Of a DNA stretch of 34,326 nucleotides, positions 29,339 through 34,326 are shown in pieces. A model generated the notes under the pieces. It was not told where the DNA came from, did not search any database, and worked only from the letters and a program-made list of their open reading frames with translations. The stretch comes from a virus, in IMG/VR virus record IMGVR_UViG_3300045988_024975, positions 1-34,326 of that record; one strand, written 5' to 3'. Each line of letters opens with the position of its first letter. The stretch's first letter is position 1. The position numbers and the translations under genes are program-made.

Positions 29339-30826
29339 ATGAGCCTAAAATATGCATACGGATATATCCGTGTATCCACGCACGATCAGGAAGAAATCTC
29401 TCCGGATTCTCAGGAACATCTTCTCCGGGATTATGCAGCCAAGAATAATATTGTAATCCTGAAGATCTTCACAGATCTCGGTATCTCCGGAAGAAAAGCC
29501 GATAAACGCCCCGGTTTTCAGGAAATGATTGGTCTGGCCAAAGGTCCCGATCATCCGGTTGACTGCATCCTGGTATGGAAATTTAGCCGGTTCGCCCGGA
29601 ATCAGGAAGAGTCCATTGTGTATAAATCTCTTTTAAAGAAGCAACATAATGTAGATGTGATCAGTATCTCCGAGCCACTGGCAGACGGTCCGTTCGGCTC
29701 TCTGATCGAACGTATCATAGAGTGGATGGATGAATACTACTCCATTCGCTTATCCGGCGAGGTATTCCGTGGCATGAAAGAAAACGCTACCCGCGGTGCA
29801 TACCAGGCAAGACCGCCACTTGGCTATAAAGTTATAGAACGTGGCAAGCCTCCGGTTATCGTTCCGGAAGAAGCTGCGATTGTCCGTATGATCTTTGATA
29901 AATATGTAAATGGGAAAATGAGTTTCTTTGATATTGCCCGACATCTGAATTCTCTCGGACTGAAAACGTCCCACGGGAAAGCTTTTGAACGGCGCAGTAT
30001 CGAATATATTATTCAAAATCCATCCTACTGCGGTATGATCCGATGGAACCGGATGGAAAACGCCACCAACCGGATCAAAGACCAGGACGAGTGGATCATT
30101 GCTGACGGAATGCAGGAGGCGATTATAAGTAAAGAGCTCTTCGATGCCGCCCAGGAACGCCTGAAAAAGATCTATAAACCGGTTGGAAAGCGCCCCTCTT
30201 CTACATATAAGCACTGGTTGTCCGGACTTCTGAAATGCCCGGTATGCGGGCGCACACTGACCGCTACGACCATGAAGCGTGCCAATGGGGAAAAGTATGC
30301 GTACTTCTCCTGCTACGGATACAGCAAAGGAAAATGCGATAAACCACACGGTGTAAGCTCTCTGGTGATCGAGAAAGAAGTCCTGAAAGCATTAGAAGAA
30401 GCTCTTGGTTCCAATTCGATTGTTTATGAAATGCGCGAAATTCGCCCACAGGAGCTTTCTAATGAGCGTACCCTTATAAGTGAACGCCTTGCCAGTTTGA
30501 AAGGCAAAGAGGACAGGATACGTGCGTCATACAGAGAGGGTATTGATACACTGGAAGAATATAAAGAAAATAAAGCTCTGATTGCCAAAGAAAGAGACTC
30601 TCTGGAACGGCAGCTTGCAGAGCTGGAAGAAAATACGCCGGATAAGATTCCGGATGATCCTACTCTTAAAATGCTGGATCGGGTAAGCTCCGTCCATGAT
30701 ATTCTAGTTTCTGATTCTTACTCTCTTGTCCAGAAAAATGAAGCTTTAAAGCAGATTATAGATAAGATTGTTTACGATCGGGAATCCGATACTCTGAAAA
30801 TTCATTTCTTTTTATATCACTCATAA
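29339..30826 (+). CDS. int: Large serine recombinase (integrase)
   Basis: ATG at 29339 after AAAGGAG. It has YGYIRVSTHDQ (the catalytic Ser region), a recombinase domain, the zinc ribbon CPVCGRTL...FSCYGYSKGKC, and a C-terminal coiled coil. The track's 5' extension from 29243 is unsupported. Confidence 0.9.
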   Translation: MSLKYAYGYIRVSTHDQEEISPDSQEHLLRDYAAKNNIVILKIFTDLGISGRKADKRPGFQEMIGLAKGPDHPVDCILVWKFSRFARNQEESIVYKSLLKKQHNVDVISISEPLADGPFGSLIERIIEWMDEYYSIRLSGEVFRGMKENATRGAYQARPPLGYKVIERGKPPVIVPEEAAIVRMIFDKYVNGKMSFFDIARHLNSLGLKTSHGKAFERRSIEYIIQNPSYCGMIRWNRMENATNRIKDQDEWIIADGMQEAIISKELFDAAQERLKKIYKPVGKRPSSTYKHWLSGLLKCPVCGRTLTATTMKRANGEKYAYFSCYGYSKGKCDKPHGVSSLVIEKEVLKALEEALGSNSIVYEMREIRPQELSNERTLISERLASLKGKEDRIRASYREGIDTLEEYKENKALIAKERDSLERQLAELEENTPDKIPDDPTLKMLDRVSSVHDILVSDSYSLVQKNEALKQIIDKIVYDRESDTLKIHFFLYHS

Positions 30827-30827
30827 T

Positions 30828-30868
30828 GCCGGAAACCCGCGTATTTACAGGCTTTCCGGCTACTTTAT
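30828..30868 (+). terminator. Stem-loop after int (weak terminator)
   Basis: GCCGGAAA (30828-30835) pairs with TTTCCGGC (30853-30860) across a 17-nt loop. The following TACTTTAT is only a weak U-tract. Confidence 0.35.
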
Positions 30869-30869
30869 A

Positions 30870-30905
30870 GGTTGTGACAATTTGGTCAACCATTTTGCCA
30901 CAACC
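30870..30905. other. Candidate attP core for the serine integrase
   Basis: A 36-bp imperfect palindrome: GGTTGTGACAATTTGGT-CA-ACCATTTTGCCACAACC. The arms match at 14 of 17 positions around a central CA. It lies between the convergent int and endolysin genes. Confidence 0.45.
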
Positions 30906-30950
30906 GATAAAGTTATTTCTTCTTATTTTAAAGGAATGCCATTTGTGGCA

Positions 30951-32288
30951 CTATCTAAACTGAATCGCCTCAATCTGCAATGCCTGTCCGACTGTACCTA
31001 GTGTAGATACACCGTCAGCTTTCGTCCAGTCTGTCCAACCAGAGTTTTTAACATGCACTCGGTACTCAAAATCTCCGTCAAAGCACAAGCACTCGATACG
31101 CTTATTCTGTCCAGTGGTGCCGATTACCGTGTCTTTTGTGACCATGTCATAATCTTTCCAGCCGATACCCTCAATGTGCGCTTTTGCCTTGATTTTGTTG
31201 TTCAACGGATTGATTTTAAAAGCTTCCAGTCTGAGATTGTGACCCGTGATGCCAATGATATTCTCGCAAGCTCTCTCTCCTAACCAGCCTCTGTTCTGGA
31301 CGTGTGGATTGACAAGGAATTTAGCAGCCATGATCTCGATTGCTTCAATTTGCAGTCCCTTTCCTTTTGTGCCCGCCCAGAATCCGTTGAATGTCCAATC
31401 CGTCCATCCGATGTTTTTCTGGTGAACTCTGTAGATATATGGCGTATCTTTGCCGGTAATCTTGATTGCTTCGATACGCTTGTTCTGTCCTGTGGTGCCA
31501 AGGATAGTGTCTTTGTTGATGTTTTTAAACTCTTTGTCACCTACATCCTTGATATGCACTACTACGTCTGTTTCTCCGACAGGAATAAGCCGGAACGCTT
31601 CGATTCTCCGGTTCTGTCCTGTCGTTCCTGACATACGACCATCAGACTGCCAGCACGCCCATCCGATGTCACGGATATGTGACTGGTAGGATACCTTACC
31701 GTAATGCTGTACGGAGTCCTGAGATGTTCCACCAGATGTTACCTTACCGTCAGAATCCTCTTTTGCCGGAGATGCCGTAGCGATGCCGAATGCATTAAGG
31801 ATACCTCTTGCCAGATCATCCATCTGACCGTTGAATTTGTTCAGATCGCCAGAATTGGTAATGAAGCCATTTTCCAGTAGTCTGTAGCTGTAGCCCCTCT
31901 GTGCTGCTCTCCACGGATTTGCAAGGTCATCTCTCGGTTTGATTTTTTCGGCACGTCCTGGAAAGAATGAACTGATAAAGTTAGCCAGTGCCGTGTCGTA
32001 TTTGTCTGGACTATAGCCCTCCTCAATAATTACATGACCGCCTTTTACAGACGGAACATTGCTGTCCATGTGTAATTCCAGAATCTGCCAATCTTTCGGA
32101 ATATTAAGGCTCATGATTCCATTGTCTGCGTACCAGTTCCGGTTCATGTCAGCGACCGTGACATTTCCACCGCCTAATGCTTGTAATCTGGAAGCGAGCG
32201 CACGTACACGCTCTGCCTCCGTATATCCATATCCTACTGCTCCGCAATCACCGGCGCCATGACCAGCGATAATAAATAAATGTGCCAT
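30951..32288 (-). CDS. Endolysin: N-acetylmuramoyl-L-alanine amidase (Amidase_3-like) with six ChW cell-wall-binding repeats
   Basis: The N-terminus has IIAGHGAGDCGA...ELHMDSN...LLENGFITN. The C-terminus has six repeats of the type H(I/V)..(I/S)GW..W....GTTGQ..RIEA. Confidence 0.85.
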   Translation of the reverse strand: MAHLFIIAGHGAGDCGAVGYGYTEAERVRALASRLQALGGGNVTVADMNRNWYADNGIMSLNIPKDWQILELHMDSNVPSVKGGHVIIEEGYSPDKYDTALANFISSFFPGRAEKIKPRDDLANPWRAAQRGYSYRLLENGFITNSGDLNKFNGQMDDLARGILNAFGIATASPAKEDSDGKVTSGGTSQDSVQHYGKVSYQSHIRDIGWACWQSDGRMSGTTGQNRRIEAFRLIPVGETDVVVHIKDVGDKEFKNINKDTILGTTGQNKRIEAIKITGKDTPYIYRVHQKNIGWTDWTFNGFWAGTKGKGLQIEAIEIMAAKFLVNPHVQNRGWLGERACENIIGITGHNLRLEAFKINPLNNKIKAKAHIEGIGWKDYDMVTKDTVIGTTGQNKRIECLCFDGDFEYRVHVKNSGWTDWTKADGVSTLGTVGQALQIEAIQFR

Positions 32289-32315
32289 AGTATCTCTCCT
32301 TTCAAGAGGACGGTT

Positions 32316-32786
32316 TTACTCACCCTCAGTTCTCGGTTCTGTTTTGATCTCAATGTTTTTAACAGCATCTTCCTGTAGTTCTTCTGTCATATCTTCAAGG
32401 AATTTCTGAATCCATTTCTTTGCGCTTGCCGGAACCGGTAAGCCACATAAGGTCATATTTTTGAGGATACTGACTGCCTCGTATAGGATGAAAAGCAGAC
32501 AGAAAAATTCGCAGATACCTAACTTTTCGATTCCGAGTATTTTAATGTATGTTTCCGGCACCATGAATAAGATGTTGATGTGCATGATCACGTCCGTAGC
32601 CATGAGCAGACACACCGAGAAAAGCATAGCTGCCTTACGGATTGCTCCGTCAATACCTACGCATGAGTTGAATTTATGCTCTTTGATTGCTCTCAGGACA
32701 CCAAGAAGCGTGTCCAAAGTTACTGTAATCAGTAAAATGCGGATAAATGAGTTGCCTGAAATTAATGTGATAATTTGATTCATCAT
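32316..32786 (-). CDS. Holin (phage_holin_4_1 / TcdE-like)
   Basis: 156 aa with three or four hydrophobic segments and a charged C-terminus, directly upstream of the endolysin. The motif LDTLLGVLRAIKE...S..G..G..RK is typical of this family. Confidence 0.8.
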   Translation of the reverse strand: MMNQIITLISGNSFIRILLITVTLDTLLGVLRAIKEHKFNSCVGIDGAIRKAAMLFSVCLLMATDVIMHINILFMVPETYIKILGIEKLGICEFFCLLFILYEAVSILKNMTLCGLPVPASAKKWIQKFLEDMTEELQEDAVKNIEIKTEPRTEGE

Positions 32787-32800
32787 TGTAATCTTCCTTT

Positions 32801-33508
32801 CTAAATTCCCCTTACAACTAATAATGTTCCACCACTTAATCCTGACGGTAGTCCTGTCAGCTTTCCTCCTGAAACACCAAGTGTAATGTTTGTTGATGTT
32901 GGCGAACCATAATATGCTGGTTTATAATAATTTGTGCCATTAAAAGTGTAAACAGTTGTAGACGAACCACCCCATTGTGATTTTGTGGTCTCATATGCAT
33001 AGCCGTATGCTTTGATTACACCAGATGCTGTCTTGAAAGTCACTGTTGGGTTTGTAACATCTACAAGATACGCTTCGCAGTTGTTATTGGATATACCACC
33101 AGACATGTCAGCAGTTCCAGTAACTTTGAGTCCATTTAAACTAGTAAAAGTTACACCTTTTTTAACGTCTGATGGACTTGCATCTCCGAAAAAAAGGGCG
33201 GGAATATTCATGTTACATCGTTGCTGGTCGCCCCTTAGTATAATCTGTTCTTGTTTATCGGAAGGATATATCCTCGGGTTAATATTTATATATTGCAATG
33301 CACCGAAATTAGTTTGTTCTTTACTATATTTAACATCTTCTTCTTTTACTACACCGGTTAGCCTACTATTAACCGGAATACTACCAGTTATCAACGCACC
33401 AGTTTTGTCGTGACAAGTTGCACCACTTATCAACTTGTCTGGTGATACCGTATCCTCCGTCAAATCAAGTAATACCTTACCGGCATATTCCACTTTATTT
33501 ACAGCCAT
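32801..33508 (-). CDS. Fibre-module protein, paralogue B
   Basis: ATG at 33508 (MAVNKVEYAGKVLLDLTEDTVSPDKLISG...) with a GGGGTGA RBS. Its N-terminal module is shared with 33521-34096. Confidence 0.65.
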   Translation of the reverse strand: MAVNKVEYAGKVLLDLTEDTVSPDKLISGATCHDKTGALITGSIPVNSRLTGVVKEEDVKYSKEQTNFGALQYININPRIYPSDKQEQIILRGDQQRCNMNIPALFFGDASPSDVKKGVTFTSLNGLKVTGTADMSGGISNNNCEAYLVDVTNPTVTFKTASGVIKAYGYAYETTKSQWGGSSTTVYTFNGTNYYKPAYYGSPTSTNITLGVSGGKLTGLPSGLSGGTLLVVRGI

Positions 33509-33520
33509 ACTCAATCACCC

Positions 33521-34096
33521 CTAACCAATCGTTACTGTAGTTCCACCGGCAGAATTTTCGGATTCTACATACGGAATCTTTTCCACTGTAACCTGTGACA
33601 GATGCGTATATCCAGCATCCGGCAGAATGGTCTGCTGTGCACTTGACGTGGTGACCGTCTTAGCCTGTGCTTTTACTCCCTCACTGCCGGTCATCGTACC
33701 TTTTACTCCGAGGATGGTCACACCCTCTCGGATATTATTAGCGGTCAGTTTCTCCTTTTCTGTTGAATCGATTCCGACCTTGCCGGAACCATCATGGTAG
33801 CCCTGTGCAATCACATAGCTGTCTGTCAAGGTCTTGATAGAGCCTGTCACAGCTCCATTATTTGGCATCGTGCCGACAAGCTTTGCGCCTCTTGCGTAGA
33901 CCGTTTTGCCCTTTAAAATCTCCGCAACTGCGGCAGTGGCATCGTTAGAATCTACGTCAAACGTGCACGCTCCTGTGACCAGTTCTCCGTCTTTTCCATG
34001 TGCCGTGATACCGCTCAACAGCTTATCCGCAGTCACAGTATCGCCTGTTAAGTCAATCAATGTCTTCCCGCCATACACTACTTTATTGATACTCAT
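33521..34096 (-). CDS. Fibre-module protein, paralogue A
   Basis: I prefer the ATG at 34096 (MSINKVVYGGKTLIDLTGDTVTADKLLSG...), which lies one nt after the upstream stop. The track start at 34138 overlaps that gene. Confidence 0.65.
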   Translation of the reverse strand: MSINKVVYGGKTLIDLTGDTVTADKLLSGITAHGKDGELVTGACTFDVDSNDATAAVAEILKGKTVYARGAKLVGTMPNNGAVTGSIKTLTDSYVIAQGYHDGSGKVGIDSTEKEKLTANNIREGVTILGVKGTMTGSEGVKAQAKTVTTSSAQQTILPDAGYTHLSQVTVEKIPYVESENSAGGTTVTIG

Positions 34097-34097
34097 A

Positions 34098-34326
34098 TTA
34101 CAATTCCTTTCCAATAAATACAGTCTGTCCACCTTCAAGATTTGAAACCTCGAAGAATGGAATTTCTTTGATTTTTACATTTTCTGTCAGAAACTTTTGA
34201 CGTGTCGCAAGCTCTTGTTTTTCTACTTTCGGTGTGACCGTGTAATCGCCTTTGTAGTACTCCACTCCGGTGTGGTCGGATACAATCTGGAAGTGCTCAA
34301 AGTCAACCTTAATCTGCTCATTGCCA
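34098..34326 (-). CDS. 3' part of the junction-spanning fibre-module gene (its last 55 nt at 34272-34326 duplicate 1-55)
   Basis: Reads ...TGVEYYKGDYTVTPKVEKQELATRQKFLTENVKIKEIPFFEVSNLEGGQTVFIGKEL, with the stop at 34098-34100. Confidence 0.75.
   Translation of the reverse strand, partial: GNEQIKVDFEHFQIVSDHTGVEYYKGDYTVTPKVEKQELATRQKFLTENVKIKEIPFFEVSNLEGGQTVFIGKEL
34272..34326. repeat. Terminal direct repeat, copy 2 (identical to 1-55)
   Basis: Read directly from the sequence. Confidence 0.95.

Noticed and set aside
1-34326. I looked for CRISPR arrays, diversity-generating retroelements or reverse transcriptases, transposases or IS elements, rRNA, introns or inteins in terL/portal, and stop-codon reassignment.
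   Set aside because: I saw no regularly spaced direct repeats, no RT or transposase motifs, and no interrupted large genes. All large ORFs close with standard stop codons and are contiguous. None of these features is supported.

Overview
The window is a complete, circularly closed genome of a temperate siphovirus-like phage. The first 55 nt (1-55) are identical to the last 55 nt (34272-34326), so the unique length is 34,271 bp, and one gene reads in frame across the junction. GGAGG-type ribosome-binding sites, a ChW-repeat endolysin and a large serine integrase suggest a low-GC Gram-positive, Clostridia-type host. That host call is an inference; I ran no searches.

Nearly all genes lie on the minus strand as one long early-to-late transcription direction:
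- Early and replication genes: a cro-like HTH gene (26839), small membrane proteins, DUF3846, an HUH rolling-circle Rep, a degenerate RNase H-like protein, a ParB-like nuclease-domain protein, a Ref/HNH-like protein, DUF4317, YopX and DUF551.
- Late control and packaging: a sigma-r4-like late regulator, an AT-rich two-gene moron, tRNA(CAU), HNH endonuclease, TerS and TerL.
- Head: portal, MuF, an HExxH metallopeptidase and a small cargo cluster, then scaffold, major capsid and the head-tail genes.
- Tail and lysis: major tail protein, G/T chaperones with a -1 frameshift, tape measure, Dit, Tal, a modular fibre cluster that wraps the junction, holin and amidase.

The plus strand carries the lysogeny module: a CI-like repressor, an ImmA protease, two lipoproteins and the serine integrase. 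It also carries one DUF2513 moron embedded in the early operon.

The points most worth a second look:
1. A plasmid-style rolling-circle replication module. The Rep has the three HUH motifs, and an AACTTGATA nick-type motif lies just upstream of rep. The only other copy I found is in a 370-bp ORF-free region.
2. Three intrinsic terminators point against their flanking genes, at the cro 3' end, the rep leader and the int leader. Two have promoter-like elements upstream. The int-proximal one forms a roughly 95-nt, three-hairpin candidate sRNA.
3. An AT-rich promoter/two-gene/terminator moron of unknown function.
4. A lipoprotein moron inside the fibre cluster, and a metallopeptidase gene directly downstream of MuF.

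I saw no CRISPR array, rRNA, transposase or reverse transcriptase. All family names come from recalled motif patterns, not from database searches.
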